This document shows, one piece after another, positions 12,255 to 29,691 of a stretch of 64,000 bases of DNA; the first letter of the stretch is position 1; each line of letters opens with the position of its first letter. Position numbers and translations under genes: made by a program. The stretch lies in NCBI RefSeq assembly GCF_009914755.1, contig NC_060943.1; one strand, given 5' to 3'. A model generated the notes under the pieces. The model saw only the letters and a program-made list of their open reading frames with translations. It did not search any database and was not told the origin of the DNA. This stretch comes from the human T2T-CHM13v2.0 reference genome, Homo sapiens.

Positions 12255-13277
12255 GTGTCGGGGCTGTCCTTTAGTCCCTTTGATCTTACGCAGGGTGAGG
12301 GAGCCAATCACCAGAGGCTCCCCCCTGTCGTCACCCAGTCCCCAGGGCCAGTGAGGGCCCTGCGTTCCATGGCGCCCCCTGGAGGGAGGAAGGGGAACTG
12401 TATCTGAGAGTTCAGTATCTGACAATAAGGAAAAGGCATAGTAGATCAGATGGTGCCTAGTGTTCTGGGGAGAAGAAACAACGGGGTTGGGGAATGCGGA
12501 GTTGCAGTTTATAATACAGGCCTCATGTATAAGGCAGACCTCATGGGGAAGGTAACATCTGTGCAGAGAAATGGAGATGAGGGCTAGGAGCCATGCAAAT
12601 ACTGGAACATGCTTGCCAGCAGAAGTCGAGAAACATGGCCGGCGCAGTGGCCCACACCTGTAATCCCAGGACTTTGGGAGGCCGAGGCAGGTAGATCACG
12701 AGGTCAGCAGTTCGAGACCAGCCCGGCCAACATGGTGAAACCCTGTCTCTACTAAAAATACAAAAATTAGCTGGGTGTGGTGGCACACGCCTGTAATCCC
12801 AGCCACTTGGGAGGGTGAGGTAGGAGAATCGCTTGAACCTGGGAGGTAGAGGTTGCAGTGATGCAGTGAGCCGAGACCACGCCATTGTACTCTCGCCTGG
12901 GCGACAGAGCGAGACTCCATCTCAAAAACAAACAAACAAAAAAAAAAAGCAAAAACAAACAGGTGAGATTCATTTTGATAAAATAGCTGATTTAACCTAA
13001 TATACCTAAAACATCATAATTTTAACATAATCAATAGAAACATTTTTGCAAGATTTTATGTTATTTTTTACCATACGACGTCTTGGAAATCTTGGTTTGG
13101 ACCAGCCATGTTCAACTGCTCAGTAGCCATGTGTGGCCAGAGGCGGCCGTATTGGACAGTGCAGATGGTGCATGAGGGTGTTCGGGCAGTGGGAACAGCC
13201 AGTACAGAGGCCCTGTGGGGGCACATGCCTGCTGCTACGGGAACAGTGAGGAGCCCCGTGTGGCTGCAGTGGAGTGA

Positions 13278-13649
<372 letters not shown>

Positions 13650-15051
13650 TAGTTGAATAAAGAAGACACCGGAGTTTGTTCTGTATCTTCTCCTTTCAAA
13701 TTCTGTGCCATTTGAATTTTTTCCTATTCCTTTTATATATTTTTAATTGACAAATTGTACATATTTATCATGTACATATTGTTTTGAAATATGTATATAC
13801 CGTAGAATGGCTAAATCAAGATCATTAACATATGTATTACTTTACCTATTTTCCTTTTTTCGTTGTGTCTCTGCCAGGTTTCGGTATCAGAATGACTCTG
13901 ACCTCATAGAATGAGTTAGAGAGCAGTTGCTCCTCCTCAATTGTGTGGAATAATTTCAGTAGGATTGGTGCCGCCTTTTCTTTACACGTCTGGTAGGATT
14001 CGACTGTGAATCCGTCTAGTCTAAGGTTTTTTGTGCTGGTTGGTAGGTTTTGTATGACTAACTCAATTTTGGAACTCATCGTTGGTTTGTTCAGGGTTTC
14101 CATTTCTTCCTGGTTCAATCTTGAGAGGTTTTATGTTTCCAGGAATTTCTCTATTTCTTCTAGTTTTCTAGTTTGTGTGCATAGAGGCATGTGGAATAGT
14201 CTCAGGGTTTCTTGTATATCTGTGGGTCAGTGGTAATGTCACCTTTGTCATTTCTGATTGTGTTTATTTGGATCTTGTCTTTTTTTCTTTATTAATCTAG
14301 CTAGTGGTCTTCCCATGTTATTTATGCTTTCAAAAATATCAACTTTGTATGAATTAACAGCATTTGCCGTGACCTGGATGAGACCGGAGACTGTTATTCT
14401 AAGTGAAGTAAGTCAGGAATGGAAAACCAAACATCGTATGTTCTCACTGATATGTGGGAGCTAAGCTATGAGGACGCAAAGGCGTAAGAATGATACAATG
14501 GACTTTGGGGACTTAGGGGGACGAGTTGGCGGGGGCGAGGGATAAAATACAACAAGTAGGGTGTAGTGTATACTGCTCAGGTGATGGGTGCACCAAAATC
14601 ACAAATCACCACTAAAGAGCTTATGTAACCACACACCACCTGTACCCCAATAATTTATGGAATAAATAATAAATAAATAATTTTTTTAAAAAATCAACTT
14701 TGGGTTTCATTGATCTTTTGTATGGTTTTTTACGTCTCCATTTCATTCAGGTCAGCTCCGATGTTGGTTTTTTTTTTTCTTCTGCTAGCTTTGGGGTTGA
14801 TTTGCTCTTGTTTTTCTAATTCCTCTAGGTGTGATGTTAGGCGGTTCATTTGAGATCTTTCTAGCTTCTTAGTGTAGCCCTTTAGCACTAGAAACTTCCT
14901 TTGAGCACTGTTCTAGCTGTGTCCCAGAGATTCTGGGATGTTGTATGTTTGTTTTCATTAGTTTCAGATAATTTTTTTATTTCTGCCTTAATTTCAGTCT
15001 TTACCCAAAAGTCATTTGGAAGCAGGTTGTTTAATTTCCATGATGACTCTA

Positions 15052-15276
<225 letters not shown>

Positions 15277-16367
15277 TTATCTTCACTTCTGATATGACAT
15301 TTAATTTTTCATTCATTTTCTGTCTATTATTGTTCCTTTTTTAACTTAAAAAAAAATTCTGTACTTTATGAATTTCTGTTTCAAGGTGTTTTTCCCATCT
15401 CCAAATGCTTATTTGAAAATGTTTCCTTTCCTCTTGGTTCATTTCTTCTGGTGTGTGTGTGCGCGCGCCGGCGTGCATGTGTGTACTCGGGTCTCATTTT
15501 CTGCTTTCTTCCTGCAGTACCTCGTTTATGGGAGATGCACTTCGCTTTTCTTATTTTTTTAGTAGAGAGGGGGTTTCACTGGTTTAGCCAGAACAGTCTC
15601 GATCTCCTGACCTCGTGATCCGCCCACCTCGGGCTCCCAAAGTGCTGGGATTCCAGGAGTGAGCCACCGCGCCCGGCCGTCCACTTTGCTTCTTGCAGAG
15701 GCTGATGGTTTGAGTAATTTCCGAGATTCATAGCTCGAGCGCGCCCTGTTCTGTCTATGCAGTGAAGGGCAGCTTTTTGCATCCACGGCTTTTTGTTGGC
15801 AAGGAGGAATGTGCAGTGGCCAGATTTGTTTCTTCCCCTTTTGTTGCTGTTGTTGTTGTTGCTGCTGCTGTTATTGTTGTTGTTGTTGTATTTTATTTTG
15901 TAGCATCCTAAAGTGTCCCCTCCTTCTATTTCTTATCCTTATCCAGGTAGGGTTTAGAAAAGCTAACTTCAGGGGCAGGGGAGAGAGAGAAAGAGAGGAA
16001 GAGAAAATGAGAATGAATGACAATACATGAACCCATGGGTCAACCTTTATTTCAAGGCAGCCCAAAAGGACGGCTCTCCCTTCTCTTTCACTCTCTTCTC
16101 TAGGTGTGAAGCTGATGCAGCACAGGCGAGCCCCAAAATTGAGGCTTAGCCCGGGGGGGTTCTTGGCTTCTCCTAGAAACTAATTCAAGAAGCCGGGCGC
16201 AGTGGCTCACGCCTGTAATCCCAGCACTTTGGGAGGCTGAGGCGGATGGATCACTTGAGGTAAGGAGTTCGAGACCAGCCTGGCCAACATGCTGAAAACC
16301 CCATCTCTACTAAATATACAAAAATTACCCGGGCATGGGGACGGGTGCCTGTAATCCCAGCTGTTCA

Positions 16368-16529
<162 letters not shown>

Positions 16530-17215
16530 TTACCGAAGCCTCAGTGCACAGCCACAGCAGAGGGACACACACCTGTATCTTTTCTAAGACTGGGAGAATT
16601 TTACAATTGCTTGACTAATTGAACAGTGCCTCGAGGATGTTACACTAGGTTATAAATAAATTCCTGCCGTGTTTAGCTGAGGCACGAACACAATGCCCAC
16701 TGACAATTCCACTTTCCTCGAGGGCCATTCTTTATGAAAGGCTGTAGGAGTTCCACGACATTGTTGATTCCTGGATTCTCCAAGTCTCTAGAACTTGAGA
16801 ACTACTTTTGTGTATTTTTTTAACCTTTAAGTTCAGAGTTTCTAATGTCCGTTTTATACTACTATAAAATGGTACTATGTATTCTTTATTGATGGTACTA
16901 TTTACACTTTATTTTATACAGACTCTGGCTCCACAAAAAGGTTAAAAATTAGCCAGGTGCAGTGGTGCACATCTGCGGCCCCAGCTACTCAGGAGGCTGA
17001 GGCAGAAGGATTGCTTGAGCTCGGATGGTCAGGGCTGCAATGAGCTATGATCACACATCACATCAATGCACTCCAGCCTGGGCAACGGAGTGAGACCCTG
17101 TCTCTAAAAGAATAGAAGAGGCTGGGCGCGGTGGCTCACGCCTGTCATCCTACCACTTTGGGAGACCAAGGCGAGTGGATCATTTGAGGCCAGGTGTTCA
17201 AGACCAGCCTGGTCA

Positions 17216-17410
<195 letters not shown>

Positions 17411-17489
17411 TTAAAAACACTTAGGAAGATGTCATTTCTTCCTATCAAGGCGTCCTCCCTTTATGTTTTGTCGTTATATTGGGAACGAT

Positions 17490-17611
17490 AAAAAAAAATC
17501 CTTTTTTCCGACCCATGTGGACCAGGCTGGCCTCGAACTCGTGCCCTGGAACCCCCGCCTCCGTGAGGGCCCGAGGGCAGGCGCAACCGGCCTGAGCCAC
17601 AATGGCTCCGG
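17490..17611 (-). ncRNA. SNAR-A: snaR-A copy 5 (T9 terminator)
   Basis: Consensus body; plus-strand A9 at 17490-17498 instead of A8. Confidence 0.95.
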
Positions 17612-18634
17612 GTGTCGGGGCTGTCCTTTAGTCCCTTTGATCTTACGCAGGGTGAGGGAGCCAATCACCAGAGGCTCCCCCCTGTCGTCACCCAGTCCCC
17701 AGGGCCAGTGAGGGCCCTGCGTTCCATGGCGCCCCCTGGAGGGAGGAAGGGGAACTGTATCTGAGAGTTCAGTATCTGACAATAAGGAAAAGGCATAGTA
17801 GATCAGATGGTGCCTAGTGTTCTGGGGAGAAGAAACAACGGGGTTGGGGAATGCGGAGTTGCAGTTTATAATACAGGCCTCATGTATAAGGCAGACCTCA
17901 TGGGGAAGGTAACATCTGTGCAGAGAAATGGAGATGAGGGCTAGGAGCCATGCAAATACTGGAACATGCTTGCCAGCAGAAGTCGAGAAACATGGCCGGC
18001 GCAGTGGCCCACACCTGTAATCCCAGGACTTTGGGAGGCCGAGGCAGGTAGATCACGAGGTCAGCAGTTCGAGACCAGCCCGGCCAACATGGTGAAACCC
18101 TGTCTCTACTAAAAATACAAAAATTAGCTGGGTGTGGTGGCACACGCCTGTAATCCCAGCCACTTGGGAGGGTGAGGTAGGAGAATCGCTTGAACCTGGG
18201 AGGTAGAGGTTGCAGTGATGCAGTGAGCCGAGACCACGCCATTGTACTCTCGCCTGGGCGACAGAGCGAGACTCCATCTCAAAAACAAACAAACAAAAAA
18301 AAAAAGCAAAAACAAACAGGTGAGATTCATTTTGATAAAATAGCTGATTTAACCTAATATACCTAAAACATCATAATTTTAACATAATCAATAGAAACAT
18401 TTTTGCAAGATTTTATGTTATTTTTTACCATACGACGTCTTGGAAATCTTGGTTTGGACCAGCCATGTTCAACTGCTCAGTAGCCATGTGTGGCCAGAGG
18501 CGGCCGTATTGGACAGTGCAGATGGTGCATGAGGGTGTTCGGGCAGTGGGAACAGCCAGTACAGAGGCCCTGTGGGGGCACATGCCTGCTGCTACGGGAA
18601 CAGTGAGGAGCCCCGTGTGGCTGCAGTGGAGTGA

Positions 18635-19006
<372 letters not shown>

Positions 19007-20408
19007 TAGTTGAATAAAGAAGACACCGGAGTTTGTTCTGTATCTTCTCCTTTCAAATTCTGTGCCATTTGAATTTTTTCCTATTCCTTTTATATATTTT
19101 TAATTGACAAATTGTACATATTTATCATGTACATATTGTTTTGAAATATGTATATACCGTAGAATGGCTAAATCAAGATCATTAACATATGTATTACTTT
19201 ACCTATTTTCCTTTTTTCGTTGTGTCTCTGCCAGGTTTCGGTATCAGAATGACTCTGACCTCATAGAATGAGTTAGAGAGCAGTTGCTCCTCCTCAATTG
19301 TGTGGAATAATTTCAGTAGGATTGGTGCCGCCTTTTCTTTACACGTCTGGTAGGATTCGACTGTGAATCCGTCTAGTCTAAGGTTTTTTGTGCTGGTTGG
19401 TAGGTTTTGTATGACTAACTCAATTTTGGAACTCATCGTTGGTTTGTTCAGGGTTTCCATTTCTTCCTGGTTCAATCTTGAGAGGTTTTATGTTTCCAGG
19501 AATTTCTCTATTTCTTCTAGTTTTCTAGTTTGTGTGCATAGAGGCATGTGGAATAGTCTCAGGGTTTCTTGTATATCTGTGGGTCAGTGGTAATGTCACC
19601 TTTGTCATTTCTGATTGTGTTTATTTGGATCTTGTCTTTTTTTCTTTATTAATCTAGCTAGTGGTCTTCCCATGTTATTTATGCTTTCAAAAATATCAAC
19701 TTTGTATGAATTAACAGCATTTGCCGTGACCTGGATGAGACCGGAGACTGTTATTCTAAGTGAAGTAAGTCAGGAATGGAAAACCAAACATCGTATGTTC
19801 TCACTGATATGTGGGAGCTAAGCTATGAGGACGCAAAGGCGTAAGAATGATACAATGGACTTTGGGGACTTAGGGGGACGAGTTGGCGGGGGCGAGGGAT
19901 AAAATACAACAAGTAGGGTGTAGTGTATACTGCTCAGGTGATGGGTGCACCAAAATCACAAATCACCACTAAAGAGCTTATGTAACCACACACCACCTGT
20001 ACCCCAATAATTTATGGAATAAATAATAAATAAATAATTTTTTTAAAAAATCAACTTTGGGTTTCATTGATCTTTTGTATGGTTTTTTACGTCTCCATTT
20101 CATTCAGGTCAGCTCCGATGTTGGTTTTTTTTTTTCTTCTGCTAGCTTTGGGGTTGATTTGCTCTTGTTTTTCTAATTCCTCTAGGTGTGATGTTAGGCG
20201 GTTCATTTGAGATCTTTCTAGCTTCTTAGTGTAGCCCTTTAGCACTAGAAACTTCCTTTGAGCACTGTTCTAGCTGTGTCCCAGAGATTCTGGGATGTTG
20301 TATGTTTGTTTTCATTAGTTTCAGATAATTTTTTTATTTCTGCCTTAATTTCAGTCTTTACCCAAAAGTCATTTGGAAGCAGGTTGTTTAATTTCCATGA
20401 TGACTCTA

Positions 20409-20588
<180 letters not shown>

Positions 20589-21721
20589 TTAAGTTTGCAT
20601 TTAGATCTCTTCTCCTTTGACCACTTTTAATTTATCTTCACTTCTGATATGACATTTAATTTTTCATTCATTTTCTGTCTATTATTGTTCCTTTTTTAAC
20701 TTAAAAAAAAATTCTGTACTTTATGAATTTCTGTTTCAAGGTGTTTTTCCCATCTCCAAATGCTTATTTGAAAATGTTTCCTTTCCTCTTGGTTCATTTC
20801 TTCTGGTGTGTGTGTGCGCGCGCCCGCGTGCATGTGTGTACTCGGGTCTCATTTTCTGCTTTCTTCCTGCAGTACCTCGTTTATGGGAGATGCACTTCGC
20901 TTTTCTTATTTTTTTAGTAGAGAGGGGGTTTCACTGGTTTAGCCAGAACAGTCTCGATCTCCTGACCTCGTGATCCGCCCACCTCGGGCTCCCAAAGTGC
21001 TGGGATTCCAGGAGTGAGCCACCGCGCCCGGCCGTCCACTTTGCTTCTTGCAGAGGCTGATGGTTTGAGTAATTTCCGAGATTCATAGCTCGAGCGCGCC
21101 CTGTTCTGTCTATGCAGTGAAGGGCAGCTTTTTGCATCCACGGCTTTTTGTTGGCAAGGAGGAATGTGCAGTGGCCAGATTTGTTTCTTCCCCTTTTGTT
21201 GCTGTTGTTGTTGTTGCTGCTGCTGTTATCGTTGTTGTTGTTGTATTTTATTTTGTAGCATCCTAAAGTGTCCCCTCCTTCTATTTCTTATCGTTATCCA
21301 GGTAGGGTTTAGAAAAGCTAACTTCAGGGGCAGGGGAGAGAGAGAAAGAGAGGAAGAGAAAATGAGAATGAATGACAATACATGAACCCATGGGTCAACC
21401 TTTATTTCAAGGCAGCCCAAAAGGACGGCTCTCCCTTCTCTTTCACTCTCTTCTCTAGGTGTGAAGCTGATGCAGCACAGGCGAGCCCCAAAATTGAGGC
21501 TTAGCCCGGGGGGGTTCTTGGCTTCTCCTAGAAACTAATTCAAGAAGCCGGGCGCAGTGGCTCACGCCTGTAATCCCAGCACTTTGGGAGGCTGAGGCGG
21601 ATGGATCACTTGAGGTAAGGAGTTCGAGACCAGCCTGGCCAACATGCTGAAACCCCATCTCTACTAAATATACAAAAATTACGCGGGCATGGGGACGGGT
21701 GCCTGTAATCCCAGCTGTTCA

Positions 21722-21844
<123 letters not shown>

Positions 21845-22557
21845 TCAAGGGCAGGCCGGTGGTTTTAGACGGCAACCTTTACCGAAGCCTCAGTGCACAG
21901 CCACAGCAGAGGGACACACACCTGTATCTTTTCTAAGACTGGGAGAATTTTACAATTGCTTGACTAATTGAACAGTGCCTCGAGGATGTTACACTAGGTT
22001 ATAAATAAATTCCTGCCGTGTTTAGCTGAGGCACGAACACAATGCCCACTGACAATTCCACTTTCCTCGAGGGCCATTCTTTATGAAAGGCTGTAGGAGT
22101 TCCACGACATTGTTGATTCCTGGATTCTCCAAGTCTCTAGAACTTGAGAACTACTTTTGTGTATTTTTTTAAGTTCAGAGTTTCTAATGTCCGTTTTATA
22201 CTACTATAAAATGGTACTATGTATTCTTTATTTATGGTACTATTTACACTTTATTTTATACAGACTCTGGCTCCACAAAAAGGTTAAAAATTAGCCAGGT
22301 GCAGTGGTGCACATCTGCGGCCCCAGCTACTCAGCAGGCTGAGGCAGAAGGATTGCTTGAGCTCGGATGGTCAGGGCTGCAATGAGCTATGATCACACAT
22401 CACATCAATGCACTCCAGCCTGGGCAACAGAGTGAGACCCTGTCTCTAAAAGAATAGAAGAGGCTGGGCGCGGTGGCTCACGCCTGTCATCCTACCACTT
22501 TGGGAGACCAAGGCGAGTGGATCATTTGAGGCCAGGTGTTCAAGACCAGCCTGGTCA

Positions 22558-22764
<207 letters not shown>

Positions 22765-22833
22765 TTAGGAAGATGTCATTTCTTCCTATCAAGGCGTCCT
22801 CCCTTTATGTTTTGTCGTTATATTGGGAACGAT

Positions 22834-22954
22834 AAAAAAAATCCTTTTTTCCGACCCATGTGGACCAGGCTGGCCTCGAACTCGTGCCCTGGAACCCCCG
22901 CCTCCGTGAGGGCCCGAGGGCAGGCGCAACCGGCCTGAGCCACAATGGCTCCGG
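22834..22954 (-). ncRNA. SNAR-A: snaR-A copy 6
   Basis: Array-consensus sequence. Confidence 0.95.
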
Positions 22955-23977
22955 GTGTCGGGGCTGTCCTTTAGTCCCTTTGATCTTACGCAGGGTGAGG
23001 GAGCCAATCACCAGAGGCTCCCCCCTGTCGTCACCCAGTCCCCAGGGCCAGTGAGGGCCCTGCGTTCCATGGCGCCCCCTGGAGGGAGGAAGGGGAACTG
23101 TATCTGAGAGTTCAGTATCTGACAATAAGGAAAAGGCATAGTAGATCAGATGGTGCCTAGTGTTCTGGGGAGAAGAAACAACGGGGTTGGGGAATGCGGA
23201 GTTGCAGTTTATAATACAGGCCTCATGTATAAGGCAGACCTCATGGGGAAGGTAACATCTGTGCAGAGAAATGGAGATGAGGGCTAGGAGCCATGCAAAT
23301 ACTGGAACATGCTTGCCAGCAGAAGTCGAGAAACATGGCCGGCGCAGTGGCCCACACCTGTAATCCCAGGACTTTGGGAGGCCGAGGCAGGTAGATCACG
23401 AGGTCAGCAGTTCGAGACCAGCCCGGCCAACATGGTGAAACCCTGTCTCTACTAAAAATACAAAAATTAGCTGGGTGTGGTGGCACACGCCTGTAATCCC
23501 AGCCACTTGGGAGGGTGAGGTAGGAGAATCGCTTGAACCTGGGAGGTAGAGGTTGCAGTGATGCAGTGAGCCGAGACCACGCCATTGTACTCTCGCCTGG
23601 GCGACAGAGCGAGACTCCATCTCAAAAACAAACAAACAAAAAAAAAAAGCAAAAACAAACAGGTGAGATTCATTTTGATAAAATAGCTGATTTAACCTAA
23701 TATACCTAAAACATCATAATTTTAACATAATCAATAGAAACATTTTTGCAAGATTTTATGTTATTTTTTACCATACGACGTCTTGGAAATCTTGGTTTGG
23801 ACCAGCCATGTTCAACTGCTCAGTAGCCATGTGTGGCCAGAGGCGGCCGTATTGGACAGTGCAGATGGTGCATGAGGGTGTTCGGGCAGTGGGAACAGCC
23901 AGTACAGAGGCCCTGTGGGGGCACATGCCTGCTGCTACGGGAACAGTGAGGAGCCCCGTGTGGCTGCAGTGGAGTGA

Positions 23978-24349
<372 letters not shown>

Positions 24350-25751
24350 TAGTTGAATAAAGAAGACACCGGAGTTTGTTCTGTATCTTCTCCTTTCAAA
24401 TTCTGTGCCATTTGAATTTTTTCCTATTCCTTTTATATATTTTTAATTGACAAATTGTACATATTTATCATGTACATATTGTTTTGAAATATGTATATAC
24501 CGTAGAATGGCTAAATCAAGATCATTAACATATGTATTACTTTACCTATTTTCCTTTTTTCGTTGTGTCTCTGCCAGGTTTCGGTATCAGAATGACTCTG
24601 ACCTCATAGAATGAGTTAGAGAGCAGTTGCTCCTCCTCAATTGTGTGGAATAATTTCAGTAGGATTGGTGCCGCCTTTTCTTTACACGTCTGGTAGGATT
24701 CGACTGTGAATCCGTCTAGTCTAAGGTTTTTTGTGCTGGTTGGTAGGTTTTGTATGACTAACTCAATTTTGGAACTCATCGTTGGTTTGTTCAGGGTTTC
24801 CATTTCTTCCTGGTTCAATCTTGAGAGGTTTTATGTTTCCAGGAATTTCTCTATTTCTTCTAGTTTTCTAGTTTGTGTGCATAGAGGCATGTGGAATAGT
24901 CTCAGGGTTTCTTGTATATCTGTGGGTCAGTGGTAATGTCACCTTTGTCATTTCTGATTGTGTTTATTTGGATCTTGTCTTTTTTTCTTTATTAATCTAG
25001 CTAGTGGTCTTCCCATGTTATTTATGCTTTCAAAAATATCAACTTTGTATGAATTAACAGCATTTGCCGTGACCTGGATGAGACCGGAGACTGTTATTCT
25101 AAGTGAAGTAAGTCAGGAATGGAAAACCAAACATCGTATGTTCTCACTGATATGTGGGAGCTAAGCTATGAGGACGCAAAGGCGTAAGAATGATACAATG
25201 GACTTTGGGGACTTAGGGGGACGAGTTGGCGGGGGCGAGGGATAAAATACAACAAGTAGGGTGTAGTGTATACTGCTCAGGTGATGGGTGCACCAAAATC
25301 ACAAATCACCACTAAAGAGCTTATGTAACCACACACCACCTGTACCCCAATAATTTATGGAATAAATAATAAATAAATAATTTTTTTAAAAAATCAACTT
25401 TGGGTTTCATTGATCTTTTGTATGGTTTTTTACGTCTCCATTTCATTCAGGTCAGCTCCGATGTTGGTTTTTTTTTTTCTTCTGCTAGCTTTGGGGTTGA
25501 TTTGCTCTTGTTTTTCTAATTCCTCTAGGTGTGATGTTAGGCGGTTCATTTGAGATCTTTCTAGCTTCTTAGTGTAGCCCTTTAGCACTAGAAACTTCCT
25601 TTGAGCACTGTTCTAGCTGTGTCCCAGAGATTCTGGGATGTTGTATGTTTGTTTTCATTAGTTTCAGATAATTTTTTTATTTCTGCCTTAATTTCAGTCT
25701 TTACCCAAAAGTCATTTGGAAGCAGGTTGTTTAATTTCCATGATGACTCTA

Positions 25752-25931
<180 letters not shown>

Positions 25932-27064
25932 TTAAGTTTGCATTTAGATCTCTTCTCCTTTGACCACTTTTAATTTATCTTCACTTCTGATATGACATTT
26001 AATTTTTCATTCATTTTCTGTCTATTATTGTTCCTTTTTTAACTTAAAAAAAAATTCTGTACTTTATGAATTTCTGTTTCAAGGTGTTTTTCCCATCTCC
26101 AAATGCTTATTTGAAAATGTTTCCTTTCCTCTTGGTTCATTTCTTCTGGTGTGTGTGTGCGCGCGCCCGCGTGCATGTGTGTACTCGGGTCTCATTTTCT
26201 GCTTTCTTCCTGCAGTACCTCGTTTATGGGAGATGCACTTCGCTTTTCTTATTTTTTTAGTAGAGAGGGGGTTTCACTGGTTTAGCCAGAACAGTCTCGA
26301 TCTCCTGACCTCGTGATCCGCCCACCTCGGGCTCCCAAAGTGCTGGGATTCCAGGAGTGAGCCACCGCGCCCGGCCGTCCACTTTGCTTCTTGCAGAGGC
26401 TGATGGTTTGAGTAATTTCCGAGATTCATAGCTCGAGCGCGCCCTGTTCTGTCTATGCAGTGAAGGGCAGCTTTTTGCATCCACGGCTTTTTGTTGGCAA
26501 GGAGGAATGTGCAGTGGCCAGATTTGTTTCTTCCCCTTTTGTTGCTGTTGTTGTTGTTGCTGCTGCTGTTATCGTTGTTGTTGTTGTATTTTATTTTGTA
26601 GCATCCTAAAGTGTCCCCTCCTTCTATTTCTTATCGTTATCCAGGTAGGGTTTAGAAAAGCTAACTTCAGGGGCAGGGGAGAGAGAGAAAGAGAGGAAGA
26701 GAAAATGAGAATGAATGACAATACATGAACCCATGGGTCAACCTTTATTTCAAGGCAGCCCAAAAGGACGGCTCTCCCTTCTCTTTCACTCTCTTCTCTA
26801 GGTGTGAAGCTGATGCAGCACAGGCGAGCCCCAAAATTGAGGCTTAGCCCGGGGGGGTTCTTGGCTTCTCCTAGAAACTAATTCAAGAAGCCGGGCGCAG
26901 TGGCTCACGCCTGTAATCCCAGCACTTTGGGAGGCTGAGGCGGATGGATCACTTGAGGTAAGGAGTTCGAGACCAGCCTGGCCAACATGCTGAAACCCCA
27001 TCTCTACTAAATATACAAAAATTACGCGGGCATGGGGACGGGTGCCTGTAATCCCAGCTGTTCA

Positions 27065-27187
<123 letters not shown>

Positions 27188-27900
27188 TCAAGGGCAGGCC
27201 GGTGGTTTTAGACGGCAACCTTTACCGAAGCCTCAGTGCACAGCCACAGCAGAGGGACACACACCTGTATCTTTTCTAAGACTGGGAGAATTTTACAATT
27301 GCTTGACTAATTGAACAGTGCCTCGAGGATGTTACACTAGGTTATAAATAAATTCCTGCCGTGTTTAGCTGAGGCACGAACACAATGCCCACTGACAATT
27401 CCACTTTCCTCGAGGGCCATTCTTTATGAAAGGCTGTAGGAGTTCCACGACATTGTTGATTCCTGGATTCTCCAAGTCTCTAGAACTTGAGAACTACTTT
27501 TGTGTATTTTTTTAAGTTCAGAGTTTCTAATGTCCGTTTTATACTACTATAAAATGGTACTATGTATTCTTTATTTATGGTACTATTTACACTTTATTTT
27601 ATACAGACTCTGGCTCCACAAAAAGGTTAAAAATTAGCCAGGTGCAGTGGTGCACATCTGCGGCCCCAGCTACTCAGCAGGCTGAGGCAGAAGGATTGCT
27701 TGAGCTCGGATGGTCAGGGCTGCAATGAGCTATGATCACACATCACATCAATGCACTCCAGCCTGGGCAACAGAGTGAGACCCTGTCTCTAAAAGAATAG
27801 AAGAGGCTGGGCGCGGTGGCTCACGCCTGTCATCCTACCACTTTGGGAGACCAAGGCGAGTGGATCATTTGAGGCCAGGTGTTCAAGACCAGCCTGGTCA

Positions 27901-28146
<246 letters not shown>

Positions 28147-28175
28147 TTATGTTTTGTCGTTATATTGGGAACGAT

Positions 28176-28296
28176 AAAAAAAATCCTTTTTTCCGACCCA
28201 TGTGGACCAGGCTGGCCTCGAACTCGTGCCCTGGAACCCCCGCCTCCGTGAGGGCCCGAGGGCAGGCGCAACCGGCCTGAGCCACAATGGCTCCGG
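28176..28296 (-). ncRNA. SNAR-A: snaR-A copy 7
   Basis: Array-consensus sequence. Confidence 0.95.
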
Positions 28297-29370
28297 GTGT
28301 CGGGGCTGTCCTTTAGTCCCTTTGATCTTACGCAGGGTGAGGGAGCCAATCACCAGAGGCTCCCCCCTGTCGTCACCCAGTCCCCAGGGCCAGTGAGGGC
28401 CCTGCGTTCCATGGCGCCCCCTGGAGGGAGGAAGGGGAACTGTATCTGAGAGTTCAGTATCTGACAATAAGGAAAAGGCATAGTAGATCAGATGGTGCCT
28501 AGTGTTCTGGGGAGAAGAAACAACGGGGTTGGGGAATGCGGAGTTGCAGTTTATAATACAGGCCTCATGTATAAGGCAGACCTCATGGGGAAGGTAACAT
28601 CTGTGCAGAGAAATGGAGATGAGGGCTAGGAGCCATGCAAATACTGGAACATGCTTGCCAGCAGAAGTCGAGAAACATGGCCGGCGCAGTGGCCCACACC
28701 TGTAATCCCAGGACTTTGGGAGGCCGAGGCAGGTAGATCACGAGGTCAGCAGTTCGAGACCAGCCCGGCCAACATGGTGAAACCCTGTCTCTACTAAAAA
28801 TACAAAAATTAGCTGGGTGTGGTGGCACACGCCTGTAATCCCAGCCACTTGGGAGGGTGAGGTAGGAGAATCGCTTGAACCTGGGAGGTAGAGGTTGCAG
28901 TGATGCAGTGAGCCGAGACCACGCCATTGTACTCTCGCCTGGGCGACAGAGCGAGACTCCATCTCAAAAACAAAAAAAACAAAAAAAAAAAGCAAAAACA
29001 AACAGGTGAGATTCATTTTGATAAAATAGCTGATTTAACCTAATATACCTAAAACATCATAATTTTAAGATAATCAATAGAAACATTTTTGCAAGATTTT
29101 ATGTTATTTTTTACCATACGACGTCTTGGAAATCTTGGTTTGGACCAGCCATGTTCAACTGCTCAGTAGCCATGTGTGGCCAGAGGCGGCCGTATTGGAC
29201 AGTGCAGATGGTGCATGAGGGTGTTCGGGCAGTGGGAACAGCCAGTACAGAGGCCCTGTGGGGGCACATGCCTGCTGCTACGGGAACAGTGAGGAGCCCC
29301 GTGTGGCTGCAGTGGAGTGAGAGGGAGAAGGTGGGAGATGTAACCAACAGTCTCATCATTCATTCATTAA

Positions 29371-29691
<321 letters not shown>

